From the IMG/VR virus record IMGVR_UViG_3300006754_000011, positions 1-64,000 of that record: a stretch of DNA of 64,000 bases; one strand, given 5' to 3'. The notes under the pieces are model-generated. The model was not told the origin of the DNA, searched no databases, and saw nothing but the letters and a program-made list of their open reading frames with translations. Every line of letters begins with the position of its first letter. The first letter of the stretch is position 1. A program made the position numbers and the translations under genes. Source of the DNA: a virus. Shown here in pieces: positions 8,848-19,247 of the stretch.

Positions 8848-9999
8848 ATGTTTATTGATAACGATTTCCCAAAACTGCTGGGTGCGGAACTTTACCGTCC
8901 CCATCCAGCGTATATCGTGGAGATGGCGGTTGAACCCGTCGTAGTCCATGACTTTACAAAACAACCTGGTCAGACTGTTCAGCTTGATCGCTACAGATTC
9001 TTTGGCGCTCCTGGTACTAAAACCAGTCGTGAGCGTACTCAAGACCAGACGATAGGTACAGCTAATAGCCGTTCTATTGTTAAAGACAAAGTTCTGGTTT
9101 CTCTTCGTGAGTACACCGGACCTGCAGATCCAAACAATACGAACCTTCCTAGTACTTTCAAGATTGCTCGTGAGACCTTGATGACAGCGCAGCGTTTGCT
9201 GCTTGACACAGGGAACCTCAACATGTTCCACCAGTCAATAGGTAGTTTAACCCTTTTGGATGATTACCGTCGTTGGCGTGACCGTGTGTTCCTTGATGAA
9301 CTCTTCAAGGCCGAGTCTCGTGGTAAGTCATCTGATACTCAAGGTGGTTACTACTATCCTGAGAATCCTACAAAGGCTACTAGTACTTCGCTACCTGCAT
9401 ATACAGCAGCTCAGTATGCTTCTGAGCGCTTCAAATTTAATGTTAAAACTGACCTTCTAGAAGTTGTCAAAGGGCTTCGCAAGCGTAACGTTCCTGTCTT
9501 TGCCGACGGTTACTATCGTTGTATTGCCGATCCTTCTTTCATGAAGGACATGAGAGCCGACTCCGGCTTCCGTGAAGTTGCTCGCTATCCTGGTATGGGA
9601 CAGCCTAACCCTCTAATGGGTGCGCAGTCTCCTAACTCTGCCGTTTACGGTGGTGGCCAGTATGGACAAGCTCAGTTTGTTGGCGGTGAACCCGTTATGC
9701 CTTCAGGTTTCGTCTTTGAAGGTGTAAGGTTCTTCGAATCAACCAACATGCCTAGTAAAACCATTTCGGTCGATATTGGTGATGGTAACGGTGCACAGAC
9801 ACGTGACACCCCTCCCGCCCTCTTCTTCGGACCTCAGTCTGTTGGTGTCGGCATTGGTGGTCCTAACGCTCAAGTTTTAATCAATAACAATGATGACTTT
9901 TCACGATTCATTATTTTGATCTGGCAGCTTTATGCTGGCTTCGCAAACTTGAACAAAGACTTTACCACTGTTGGTTTCACCATCACTGAAACATATTGA
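8848..9999 (+). CDS. Major capsid protein
   Basis: 383 aa, downstream of portal and scaffold; C-ending codon bias typical of high expression; HK97-like elements (KQPGQTVQL, G..EGVRFFESTN, FFGPQSVG). Confidence 0.85.
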   Translation: MFIDNDFPKLLGAELYRPHPAYIVEMAVEPVVVHDFTKQPGQTVQLDRYRFFGAPGTKTSRERTQDQTIGTANSRSIVKDKVLVSLREYTGPADPNNTNLPSTFKIARETLMTAQRLLLDTGNLNMFHQSIGSLTLLDDYRRWRDRVFLDELFKAESRGKSSDTQGGYYYPENPTKATSTSLPAYTAAQYASERFKFNVKTDLLEVVKGLRKRNVPVFADGYYRCIADPSFMKDMRADSGFREVARYPGMGQPNPLMGAQSPNSAVYGGGQYGQAQFVGGEPVMPSGFVFEGVRFFESTNMPSKTISVDIGDGNGAQTRDTPPALFFGPQSVGVGIGGPNAQVLINNNDDFSRFIILIWQLYAGFANLNKDFTTVGFTITETY

Positions 10000-10019
10000 T
10001 AGGAGGTAATTAACTTAAA

Positions 10020-10835
10020 ATGGCAACTTACAAAGCTGATGCTGGGGCAATTCTTAATCCTGGCAACCAAATTAACCGTCTATCCTCCTATAACACTGAA
10101 GGAGTATATGGCTGGCCTGGATTAGAACTTTTTGAACTAATTGGTTATGCAAAGGTTTCAAACCTTTCTGCTGATAAAGGTTCTTATAAGAGTTTTGATC
10201 TAATAATTCCTTCTCCTGATCGTCGTCCTGGTGATCGTGTAAGGAATGATCGTACAAGCATGGTCGTTCAAGCAAGTGCTGCTCGTCCTGCATATATTTA
10301 TGGTGCTTCTATTGCTGTCGGTCAGGATATTCCTGCTGGTGGTCTAGCAACATATCCTGCGTCTCCTGTAACCGCTGGTCTCGGCGCTACTACAGGTGAG
10401 CTTCTACTATTAGGTCCAGCCAACAGCGCTGTACCTTATGGTGTACCAACTGCACAGCTCAATGGTTTAGCTGCTGCTTCTTCTTCACTTACTGCAGCTA
10501 GTTCTGCATTTGCAGAAGGTGCTGCTGATACAACCACAGGTGATGTACCTTTCTGGACAACTGTAACTTCTACCATTGCTCGCGCTGATGCTGCGAATTC
10601 AATGATGTATAAAGTGACAGCAGATACTACGATGAAAGTTTTCAACGTAGACGCTATTACTGATACTTCTGTATCTGGTGATGGTGTATACATCAGTCAG
10701 GCTGATTCAGACGCTGGACGCGCTGGATATATTCTTGGTCGTGTCAACTATCTACGTCCTGCAACCAATGTATCTTGGAATGATATTCAAGAATTCATTG
10801 ACTTTGCTTCTCAAGTAGGTGGAAACGACGAGTAA
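10020..10835 (+). CDS. Abundant structural protein (capsid decoration/minor capsid candidate)
   Basis: Strong SD AGGAGG, co-transcribed with MCP, Ala/Ser/Thr-rich, followed by a terminator. Confidence 0.55.
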   Translation: MATYKADAGAILNPGNQINRLSSYNTEGVYGWPGLELFELIGYAKVSNLSADKGSYKSFDLIIPSPDRRPGDRVRNDRTSMVVQASAARPAYIYGASIAVGQDIPAGGLATYPASPVTAGLGATTGELLLLGPANSAVPYGVPTAQLNGLAAASSSLTAASSAFAEGAADTTTGDVPFWTTVTSTIARADAANSMMYKVTADTTMKVFNVDAITDTSVSGDGVYISQADSDAGRAGYILGRVNYLRPATNVSWNDIQEFIDFASQVGGNDE

Positions 10836-10860
10836 TCTAGATTTATAGATTAAAAAAAGA

Positions 10861-10890
10861 AAGACTAGTCTTAATGGCTAGTCTTTTTTA
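10861..10890 (+). terminator. Rho-independent terminator, possibly bidirectional
   Basis: AAGACTAGTC-TTAAT-GGCTAGTCTT then T run; A run on the 5' side. Confidence 0.75.
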
Positions 10891-10941
10891 TTGCTCTAAA
10901 GATTAATCAAGGTATTGTACTAATAGTCAATTTAGATAGTA

Positions 10942-11382
10942 ATGCTTTACCAGTACAAGCCAACTGGGTCTCTTGTCGAGAAAATTTCTCAACATGGGGA
11001 TGGAATCATAATGTGTATAGATTCGCAAGATGAAGTTCTCTATGTTGAAGAAAGTGAATTAGTTCCTCATTTAGATGCGACAAGTGACCAAGTTAAAACA
11101 GAAGAACGTCTTACAGAACAATTAAAAGCAGAAGGTGTTAATCCAGCAAAACCAACAAAAAAAGAAACTTTTCCAATTGATGTTAGATTAAATGTCAATA
11201 CTGCCAGTGCAAGACAGATAGCTGATGCGTTGCCTGGTGTAGGATTAAAGACAGCCAGGGATATTAAGGACTTACAAAGTTCTATGCTTGGTGAAAAGTT
11301 CATCAAATTAGAACAGCTTAAATCTATTAAGCGTGTTGATTGGGATGAATTAATTAAAGAGAATCTTATTCGCGTTGAATAA
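10942..11382 (+). CDS. Helix-hairpin-helix (ComEA/HHH_3-like) protein
   Basis: LNVNTASARQIADALPGVGLKTARDI...FIKLEQLKSIKRV. Confidence 0.75.
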   Translation: MLYQYKPTGSLVEKISQHGDGIIMCIDSQDEVLYVEESELVPHLDATSDQVKTEERLTEQLKAEGVNPAKPTKKETFPIDVRLNVNTASARQIADALPGVGLKTARDIKDLQSSMLGEKFIKLEQLKSIKRVDWDELIKENLIRVE

Positions 11383-11861
11383 TGCAACTTGATAGCTTTC
11401 TTAAGTCTAAAATTCGTTGGCATCTAGGTTATAACCAAACCTCAATACCTGCTGGCGACCTTGCAAGACTTGAAGAAGCTCTTGATAATATTCAAGATTC
11501 TTTCTGGTATTCAAAAATAACTGAACAAATTACCCGTTGTGATGAAGCTGAGAAGCGGACTGATATGACAGGTAGTGTTAATAATTGGAACACCCCAGCA
11601 GGAAGAAGAGAAAATATTGCAGGTGATGTTGACCGTACAGTTAGTACAACAGATTACAAAGATACTTTACGAGCATGGAATACAATATATTTATATGAAA
11701 CAGATCGTTTAGCACAACATTTATATGTCCCGAATTATCGAAATCCTGAACAAGCCAGATATCGTTTTGAAAGAGAAGGTGCAGAGTTTATACAAGCTCT
11801 TCCTGGTCCAGCTGATGTGGCAATAGGTACGCGAATGATGCTAGCAACATCTTCTCGATAA
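11382..11861 (+). CDS. Putative head-completion/adaptor protein
   Basis: Helical 159-aa ORF after the capsid genes; TAATG coupling. Confidence 0.4.
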   Translation: MQLDSFLKSKIRWHLGYNQTSIPAGDLARLEEALDNIQDSFWYSKITEQITRCDEAEKRTDMTGSVNNWNTPAGRRENIAGDVDRTVSTTDYKDTLRAWNTIYLYETDRLAQHLYVPNYRNPEQARYRFEREGAEFIQALPGPADVAIGTRMMLATSSR

Positions 11862-11902
11862 AAATATGCGTTAAAATAGTTATATAAATAGGATATTTTC
11901 TA

Positions 11903-12082
11903 ATGGCTAAAGGTAAAATGCCACCTCAGTTACTTGAATATTTTAAGAAAAAAGTATCAAAAGAGAACGGAGACAAACCAGAGACAGATGAATCTAAACG
12001 TTCAGAAGCACTGTCTAAAGCTAAAGCGAAAATAGAAGAAAAGAATTCTCAATCACGTGCTAAAAAAGAAACAACTAATTAA
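11903..12082 (+). CDS. Small basic protein (not in ORF track)
   Basis: MAKGKMPPQLLEYFKKK...ETTN, 59 aa; TAAAAT and AGGA upstream. Confidence 0.55.
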   Translation: MAKGKMPPQLLEYFKKKVSKENGDKPETDESKRSEALSKAKAKIEEKNSQSRAKKETTN

Positions 12083-12200
12083 AAAGGCATTACAACAACC
12101 TGATTTATATACCTCTGCTGAATTAATCTATTTAAAACTTTGGAAAACAGAAAAAAAACGTTTGAAAAAGCTTAGAAAAGTTAAGAAGAAATCTAATTAG
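12057..12200 (+). CDS. Small Lys-rich protein (GTG start, not in ORF track)
   Basis: MLKKKQLIKKALQQPDLYTSAELIYLKLWK..., 47 aa, fills the gap between genes. Confidence 0.4.
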   Translation: MLKKKQLIKKALQQPDLYTSAELIYLKLWKTEKKRLKKLRKVKKKSN

Positions 12201-12233
12201 AGTAGAATAAATCATAGTAAAGGTAACAAAAAA

Positions 12234-13022
12234 TTGGCATCCACTTCTACGAATAAGCAACCAATGCTGCTGGATAGACCAGCAACAGAAAGTACATTGG
12301 TTACAGTTGCGTCAGGTCAACTCTTTTCAACAAGTTTAATTCCTACTGCTGTTGGTAATACAACTAAAGTTTTTGATGTAGATTCTGCATTATCAGATAG
12401 TTCTATTAGTGGTGCATATATTGATGAAATCTGGATTCGTTATACTAAAGATGTAGCTATATTTATAGATGCACAAGGAGCAGGTGCTGCAACATATACA
12501 CAAAATAATGGCTCAGGCGGTGCAGGAAATATATTAACTGTTACTCTTGCTAACCATAATTTCAAAGTAGGTCAAAAAGTTTATTGTGATTTTACATCAG
12601 GTACTGGAGTTGACCAAACAATTACAACTACTGCAGTAACTCCAACAACTTTTACAGCTACAGCTAATAATTCAATTAATGATACAGGTAACGTTAGTGT
12701 TTATACTCCTGTTGACATTTGTTTTTATCTATTAAATGTGGGAACCATTACTAATGTTAATCAATTCTTTCCTTTATTTATAGCGAATATAGAAGCAGTT
12801 GTTGATGATCAAAATTATAGTTTGACTTTAAAAGAAAAACTTCCTTTTATTAATACTCCAGTTCCACATTCAGGAGATAATTTCGGAACACAATTTAATG
12901 AAGTGTCACCTAAAACACGTGGTTTAATTCTTCCAACAGGTACAGCTTTATACGCATCTGTAAGTGGAACAACTGCTTTAACTAACGGTTTCTATGTTAA
13001 TGTCCAAGGTGGATATTATTAA
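12234..13022 (+). CDS. Virion structural protein with a beta-rich NH(G/N)-F/L-x-x-G repeat domain
   Basis: TVTLANHNFKVGQKVYCDFTSG domain is shared with the 771-aa gene downstream. Confidence 0.55.
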   Translation: MASTSTNKQPMLLDRPATESTLVTVASGQLFSTSLIPTAVGNTTKVFDVDSALSDSSISGAYIDEIWIRYTKDVAIFIDAQGAGAATYTQNNGSGGAGNILTVTLANHNFKVGQKVYCDFTSGTGVDQTITTTAVTPTTFTATANNSINDTGNVSVYTPVDICFYLLNVGTITNVNQFFPLFIANIEAVVDDQNYSLTLKEKLPFINTPVPHSGDNFGTQFNEVSPKTRGLILPTGTALYASVSGTTALTNGFYVNVQGGYY

Positions 13023-13024
13023 AC

Positions 13025-13228
13025 ATGGAAGAGTTAGATAAGTTTAGAAAAGAATTTGGATATGAAGATTTAACTTCTTCTTATAAAGATCCTTGTGGAG
13101 ATATTGGAGTAAAAAATATGAATGCCATGAACTGGTGTAGAGCTAATGATATTGCTACAAAATGGCAACAAGGAACAAGATGGGGACCTAGGACTCAATA
13201 TCCTAATCCAGCTCAGAAACATCGTTAA
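13025..13228 (+). CDS. Hypothetical protein
   Basis: 67-aa ORF tightly packed between structural genes. Confidence 0.45.
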   Translation: MEELDKFRKEFGYEDLTSSYKDPCGDIGVKNMNAMNWCRANDIATKWQQGTRWGPRTQYPNPAQKHR

Positions 13229-13231
13229 TAA

Positions 13232-15547
13232 ATGCCTAGGAAAACCGCAAGTTTTGGTGCATCTTTTGATACATCTTTTCAAAAAATGTCAGGTGGTTTT
13301 GATAGGGGCTTAACAGATTACAAAGAAAAGATAGCTTTTGAAGCTCTTAAACCTTATCAATTTTTTCCACCAGGTGAACAACCTGAATACAGTCCTATTC
13401 GTTTTTATGATCAAGACGGATCATGGGTTAGATGGAGACGTGGGTATGAACTTTATTGTATAACTCAAAGTTATTTAGGCTCAAGTGCTAAAGAAAGAAA
13501 TAGTCGTGGAGATTTCAGAATGTATCTTACATTTGAATTATTTCCTGGTCTATTTATTCCTGCTCGAATTTTTACCTTTCCAAGTAGTGGGCCTGAATAT
13601 GGAGAATATACTGTAGGGATCAGAGATACAAATGGATTTAATTTTTATAATGTTGGATTACCTATTGATTCAGTTAGATATTTAACAGCACCTAAAGCTG
13701 CTACATATAATAAAACTGGTACAACAGTTGTAGTTACTCTTATTGATCATGGTTTACGTGTTGGCGAAAGTGTCTATTTAGATTACACCTCTGGTACAGC
13801 AGTTGATGAAACATTAACTATTTCTTCAGTCACTAATAATACATTTACATGTACTAGTTCTGTCTCAGTTACTACTGGTGGAAATGTGCAAGTACGTCAA
13901 CAATTTGCTGATACAGCTGAAGGATTTGCAGATACCCGTTGGACAGAACAAAGAGTAACAGTACGTTTTTTACCAACACCAGTTACATTATTTAAAGGAG
14001 AACGTTTAGCAGATCGTGTCATAGAACGTGATCCTGGAATAGCTTGTACTTATTCTCAATCAACATTTACGATTACGGTTACATGTGCTTCAGCACACGG
14101 CCTATCTACAGGCAATAAAGTTTTCCTTAACATAACCAGTGGGAATGGTATAACTAATATTTATACAATTACAGTAACAAGTGTCACACAATTTACAGTA
14201 ATTTCTAGTGCCAGTACAACAACAAGTGGAGCAGGCACTGTTGATAGAAGAATTAAAGGATATGATTATAACAATTATGTAGGATATACAGTAACTGGAG
14301 TAGATTTAACTACTAATGAAATACTATTCCAACGTGAGGATAGTTATGGAACAAAAATAGTTAGTGATAAAGCTACAACATCAGTACCCGCTCATCGAGG
14401 ATTTCTTACTAGTTCTAAAAGATTTTTAACAACTGAAATTCGTTATCAATGTAATTGTCCTGACTTTATGCGGCGTAAAGATTACAATTTATATAAGAAA
14501 ACGGATGAAGAAAGATTTCCTCGTACAGGGATTAGTTCTGTAGTTCCTGGATCAAGACAAGATAAAGAAGGCGACATTATAAATACTAGAGATGATATTG
14601 GTGTTTTTAGTGACTTTGGATATTCACCTGTTAGTAATTTCTATCAAATACCAACGTATGATGATACGTCCGATTCTTCTTTCATGAGTTTACAGTACTA
14701 TCAAACACGTTGGTGCAAACATATTTATGCAGCAATGTTTTCAATAGTACATGATGAAGGTAATGAAAAATTTAGTTTAAAAGCTACTTACACACAAACA
14801 GGAACAAATGTTACTGTTACATATATAAATCATGATCTATTAGCTAATACAAGAATAAAAATAGACTTCACTAGTGGTGATCTTATAGATGGTGAATACA
14901 CAATAACTTCAGTTATAGATGCTAATAACTTTGTTATTGTCTATCCTTATATAGGCACTTCTAGTGGTTATTGCACAATTAAGAATTTAAATATGCATGA
15001 ATATGTAGGTACTTGGTTATTAGAACCTAATGATCAACCTGTCGGAGATGCCTTGAATATTTTTTATAAACGTTTTGAGAAAGAACAAGATAGAACTAAA
15101 AAAGCAGCCGAAAGAATGTCAATGATGGGCTATGGATTGCCTTGGAAAGGTAATAGAGAGATTAAAGAGGGAGCAAGTAACTTACCAGAAGAGATAGCTG
15201 AATTTAATCCAAATCTTGTCACCATGAAATTAGTTGATGCTGTTAAAAGAGAAGATAAAAAATTAACTCGCGATGGAATATTAATGAATAAAGCAGCAAC
15301 AACTTTAATGACAATGCAAAAAGTTTTAAATTTAGATTTTGATTTAATTGAAGATATACGTATAGGAATGCTTACTCAGCCTTTAATTAACTATACAGAC
15401 GATTTTCAATTTGGTGAAGTAGAAGGAGGTACCTATTTAAATGGAATACCTGATACAGGAAGTGGGGTCAGTAAAATGGATTGTTCAACATATAATCCTG
15501 TTGTTTTCCAAGATATGAATGTAGATTCCAATATCTATATCAACTAG
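13232..15547 (+). CDS. Large structural protein with three HGL-type beta repeats and a split SWIM-like Zn finger
   Basis: IDHGLRVGE, SAHGLSTGN and INHDLLANT repeats; YQCNCPDF...RWCKHIYA. Confidence 0.6.
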   Translation: MPRKTASFGASFDTSFQKMSGGFDRGLTDYKEKIAFEALKPYQFFPPGEQPEYSPIRFYDQDGSWVRWRRGYELYCITQSYLGSSAKERNSRGDFRMYLTFELFPGLFIPARIFTFPSSGPEYGEYTVGIRDTNGFNFYNVGLPIDSVRYLTAPKAATYNKTGTTVVVTLIDHGLRVGESVYLDYTSGTAVDETLTISSVTNNTFTCTSSVSVTTGGNVQVRQQFADTAEGFADTRWTEQRVTVRFLPTPVTLFKGERLADRVIERDPGIACTYSQSTFTITVTCASAHGLSTGNKVFLNITSGNGITNIYTITVTSVTQFTVISSASTTTSGAGTVDRRIKGYDYNNYVGYTVTGVDLTTNEILFQREDSYGTKIVSDKATTSVPAHRGFLTSSKRFLTTEIRYQCNCPDFMRRKDYNLYKKTDEERFPRTGISSVVPGSRQDKEGDIINTRDDIGVFSDFGYSPVSNFYQIPTYDDTSDSSFMSLQYYQTRWCKHIYAAMFSIVHDEGNEKFSLKATYTQTGTNVTVTYINHDLLANTRIKIDFTSGDLIDGEYTITSVIDANNFVIVYPYIGTSSGYCTIKNLNMHEYVGTWLLEPNDQPVGDALNIFYKRFEKEQDRTKKAAERMSMMGYGLPWKGNREIKEGASNLPEEIAEFNPNLVTMKLVDAVKREDKKLTRDGILMNKAATTLMTMQKVLNLDFDLIEDIRIGMLTQPLINYTDDFQFGEVEGGTYLNGIPDTGSGVSKMDCSTYNPVVFQDMNVDSNIYIN

Positions 15548-15556
15548 AAATTTGCT

Positions 15557-15985
15557 ATGACCATTCAGATTCTTAGTCGAAGATCTTCTCTCCTTAACGA
15601 CAGGCCTGTACCAACTCGAATAGGAGCTGGAGAGCTTTGTGTTAATACGAATGCAAGCGATCCTGGACTTTATTTTGCAGATAATACAGCCTCTCCTAGT
15701 ACAGGATTAATTAAAGCTGGTCCTGTTCATATCGGTTCAACACAGCCAAATAATTCTCCAACAGGCTTTACTAGTTTTTCAAAAGGAGAACAATGGTTAG
15801 ATACAGCCAGTACACACGTTTTAAAAATACATGATGGAACTAGTTGGCAGCTTCCAAAAGCAATAGCATCTGTAACTAGCTCAGGTTATCCTTCTAATCC
15901 TGTTAATGGACAACTCCACTATAACGAAACAACCCCTGCTTTATATATTTATAGAACAAGTACAAGTACTTGGGTTGCTATTTAG
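15557..15985 (+). CDS. Tail/fibre-associated protein
   Basis: GELCVNTNASDPGLYFAD, GEQWLDT, PSNPVNGQLHYN motifs typical of fibre N-termini. Confidence 0.55.
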   Translation: MTIQILSRRSSLLNDRPVPTRIGAGELCVNTNASDPGLYFADNTASPSTGLIKAGPVHIGSTQPNNSPTGFTSFSKGEQWLDTASTHVLKIHDGTSWQLPKAIASVTSSGYPSNPVNGQLHYNETTPALYIYRTSTSTWVAI

Positions 15986-16241
15986 ATTTTTGTGAAATGA
16001 GATAAGCATTCAAAAATTCCCAAATCTTATCTAATTTTTGATTAACACTGTTCATTTCACGGATAAGATCTTGTTTCATAACATAATCTCGAAGCATATC
16101 ATCTTCGACTCGGTTAATTTTTTGTTCTAATTTATAAAAGCGTTTTTGCAATTTATCATTAAATCCATTTATAGCTCTAACAACTCCAGCAAAAGCTGCT
16201 AGAGCACTTGTAATAGCAATAGCAATTACTTCTGGAGTCAT
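15978..16241 (-). CDS. Small membrane-anchored coiled-coil protein, opposite strand to the structural block
   Basis: N-terminal TM (IAIAITSALAAFAGVV) plus coiled coil; TAGAAT 6 nt before ATG. Confidence 0.6.
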   Translation of the reverse strand: MTPEVIAIAITSALAAFAGVVRAINGFNDKLQKRFYKLEQKINRVEDDMLRDYVMKQDLIREMNSVNQKLDKIWEFLNAYLISQKSK

Positions 16242-16297
16242 TCTTTTATTCTAAAGGATTTAACAACTTAGAATAAGAAACAAGTATCGAAGATTAT

Positions 16298-16825
16298 ATG
16301 GCCTCATACGAGCCAAATGTGGAAGGTGCAATAAATGCACTTATAGATTTAATGACCGCTAATGCGTTTACGATGACACGTAAACCATATGCAAATAATT
16401 ATCGTGGATTAGTAGATGCAGTTGTTGATTTAAAAGAAGGCTTTCCTACATTTTCTCCTGTTCGTGTTGGATTTGATGCGACGACCTTTGAAGCAGTCAC
16501 TAATGGGGATGCATTATATATGCGTACATCAGATGGACAAGTAGGAAAAGCAACTGCTGCTGCTGGAGGTTCAGAGGCTGCAAGTGTTGTTGGATTTGCG
16601 GATAGCACTGTTGGTTCTTCTAATACAGTCAAAGTTGTTGTTATTGGTGTTAAAACTCTTTCAGGATTAGATGCTGGAGATCTTTATTATTTATCTCCAA
16701 CTACAGCAGGAGCAATGACAACAACAGCTCCTTCAGGTTCAGGACAAGCTGTTACTCGTTTAGGTGAAGCAGCGACTACTGCAGATTTTAGTATTCAAAT
16801 TGAACCACCTATACTTCTTGTCTGA
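16298..16825 (+). CDS. Capsid-fibre/cement-like protein, paralogue 1
   Basis: GDALYMRTSDGQVGKA...GLDAGDLYYLS...RLGEA. Confidence 0.55.
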   Translation: MASYEPNVEGAINALIDLMTANAFTMTRKPYANNYRGLVDAVVDLKEGFPTFSPVRVGFDATTFEAVTNGDALYMRTSDGQVGKATAAAGGSEAASVVGFADSTVGSSNTVKVVVIGVKTLSGLDAGDLYYLSPTTAGAMTTTAPSGSGQAVTRLGEAATTADFSIQIEPPILLV

Positions 16826-17295
16826 TGCCAAATCCAGGAGTTCTTGATCATGAACCATATGAATCTAATGATGTTGGCTTAATTGGCGCATTAATAGATT
16901 TAAAAGAAACAATGGCCGATAAACAGGTTTACTCTGTTGTTGGTTATCGTTCTATAGCTTTTGAAAATGTCGCTCAAGGTGAGGCACTTTATGCAAGAAG
17001 TAGTGATGGAAAAGTAGGAAAAGCAATAGCTAATGATACTTTTGATAAAGCATTAGTAGCAGGGTTTGCTGAAACAACAAAAAGTACAGGAGAAACAGTT
17101 CAAATTGTAGTTAGAGGTTTACTTGCAACATCAGGATTAGATCAAGGTGATGATTATTATTTATCTGCTGCTTCAGCAGGTTCTATTACAAAAACACCGC
17201 CCTCATCTGCTAGTCAATATTTAACGCGTATTGGCGAAGCTGCAGGGTCAACTCAATTAATTATTAAGGTTGATCCTCCTGTTCTTTTACGTTAA
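16825..17295 (+). CDS. Capsid-fibre/cement-like protein, paralogue 2
   Basis: GEALYARSSDGKVGKA...GLDQGDDYYLS...RIGEA; clear tandem paralogue of the previous gene. Confidence 0.55.
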   Translation: MPNPGVLDHEPYESNDVGLIGALIDLKETMADKQVYSVVGYRSIAFENVAQGEALYARSSDGKVGKAIANDTFDKALVAGFAETTKSTGETVQIVVRGLLATSGLDQGDDYYLSAASAGSITKTPPSSASQYLTRIGEAAGSTQLIIKVDPPVLLR

Positions 17296-17371
17296 AAACT
17301 TTAGTCATCGTAAGATAGAAACAATGAGCAGTTCCCTATTGATAACGAACTCCAGAAGATTGGATTAAAAC

Positions 17372-19243
17372 ATGGCAACTAGAAATCCACTAATAATTGT
17401 CTCTGGATTATTCCAAGAGTTAAATACTTCATCAGACAAATTAAATTTCGCTGGAAATACTACAGCTGATCTTAGTGAAAATACTAATCTTTACTATACA
17501 AACGCTAGAGCAAGAGGCGCTGTTTCAATAACAGATAGTGGAGGTGACGGCAGTTTAGCTTATAACAGCGGTACAGGAGTTATTACATATACTGGACCAT
17601 CTGCTTCAGAAGTTAGAGCACATATCAGTGTTGCATCTGGTTCAGGTCTAACTTATTCATCTGGAGAAATAGGAACAAGTGCAATTCCTAATGCTCAGTT
17701 AGCAAATGATGATGTAACAGTTGGTAGTACAGCGATTGCTTTAGGTGCTACAGCTGGAACTATTACAGGCTTAACTTCTTTAGCATCAGGAACTTTAATA
17801 GCAGGTGTAGAAGATGCAGCAAATGCTATTGAAATTACTAGTGGAAGTATTATTTTTGAAGGATCGACTGCAGATGCTTATGAAATATCACTAACAGCAA
17901 CTGATGCATCCGGTTCAGACAAGACGATTACACTGCCTGATGCGACAGGTACAGTTGCTCTTACAAGTGATATTGTTTATCCAGTAACTACTTCTAATTC
18001 AGTTACTCTTACTAATAAGACAATTGCTCTAGGAAGCAATACAATTTCAGGAACTACTGCACAATTCAATACTGCATTAACAGATGGAAGTTTTGTAACT
18101 TTAGCTGGATCTGAAACACTAACTAATAAAACTTTAACTTCACCAGCAATTAATTCAGGAATATTAGATGCTCCAACATTAAAAGCTACTTCCGCTACTG
18201 TTGCAGGTAAGATTTTATTTAAAGAAGGTACAGATAATGGAACAAATACAGTAACTTTACTTGGAGCTGCTGCTACTGCAGATGTAACTCTTACTCTTCC
18301 AGCAGAAACAGGAACAGTACTTTCAACAGGCTCTTCTATTGCCAATAGTAATCTTGCTAACAGTTCAGTAACAATAGGATCAACAGCTGTAAGTCTTGGA
18401 GCAACAACAGCATCCCTTGCAGGAGTTACTTCTATAACTTCCGCTGCTGTAGTTACTGACGATGATGGATTTAGAGTTCGAGATAACTCTGACGCAACTA
18501 AACAATTAGCTTTTGAATGCTCAGGAATTACGACTAGTACAACACGTACTATGACTATTCCTGACGCAGACGGAACGATCGCAACGCAAGCATATGTTAA
18601 TGCACAGATAACAGCAGAAGATCTTGATGTAAGCGATGGAACTACTGCTATTTCTATTGATTTAAATTCAGAAACACTAACACTTGCTGGAGGTACAGGT
18701 GTAACAAGTACAGCAGCTACTAATACAGTTACTTTTGCAATTGACGCAACAGTTGCTACCTTGGCTGGTTCACAGACCTTAACAAATAAAACAATAACTG
18801 CACCTACTGTTTCTTCATTAACTCTTAGTGACGCATCAATTATTTTTGAAGGTGCTACTGCGAATCTTCATGAAACAACAGTTACAGTTACTGATCCAAC
18901 AGGTGATAGAACAATCACATTGCCTGATACAACAGGTACAGTTTCTTTAATTACAGCTACAGAAACTCTTACAAATAAAACACTTACAGATCCTACAATT
19001 AATGCAGCTACAGTAACAGGAACAGTAGCTTCAACTGCCACTGTTACTGGAACATTAGACCTGACTGGATGTGTTTTAGCAGGAGCTAGTCCTTTAGTTT
19101 TTGAAGGTGCTAGTGCTAATGCTCACGAAACTACATTTGCTTTTGTAGATCCAACAGCAGATCGAACAATTACTTTCCCAGATGATTCTGGAACTATGTC
19201 AACTGAAAGTTTCGCTACTGCAATTGCAGTTGCATTAGGATAA
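17372..19243 (+). CDS. Thr/Ser-rich tail fibre
   Basis: Repeated TLTNKT and FEG.TA...TITLPD.TGT modules; C-terminal FATAIAVALG. Confidence 0.75.
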   Translation: MATRNPLIIVSGLFQELNTSSDKLNFAGNTTADLSENTNLYYTNARARGAVSITDSGGDGSLAYNSGTGVITYTGPSASEVRAHISVASGSGLTYSSGEIGTSAIPNAQLANDDVTVGSTAIALGATAGTITGLTSLASGTLIAGVEDAANAIEITSGSIIFEGSTADAYEISLTATDASGSDKTITLPDATGTVALTSDIVYPVTTSNSVTLTNKTIALGSNTISGTTAQFNTALTDGSFVTLAGSETLTNKTLTSPAINSGILDAPTLKATSATVAGKILFKEGTDNGTNTVTLLGAAATADVTLTLPAETGTVLSTGSSIANSNLANSSVTIGSTAVSLGATTASLAGVTSITSAAVVTDDDGFRVRDNSDATKQLAFECSGITTSTTRTMTIPDADGTIATQAYVNAQITAEDLDVSDGTTAISIDLNSETLTLAGGTGVTSTAATNTVTFAIDATVATLAGSQTLTNKTITAPTVSSLTLSDASIIFEGATANLHETTVTVTDPTGDRTITLPDTTGTVSLITATETLTNKTLTDPTINAATVTGTVASTATVTGTLDLTGCVLAGASPLVFEGASANAHETTFAFVDPTADRTITFPDDSGTMSTESFATAIAVALG

Positions 19244-19247
19244 TCTT

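Noticed and set aside
8824-10693. Antisense and alternative-frame ORFs over the capsid genes (8824-9231, 9039-9224, 9260-9460, 10072-10293, 10436-10693)
   Set aside because: Expected by-products of biased codon use; no motifs or expression signals
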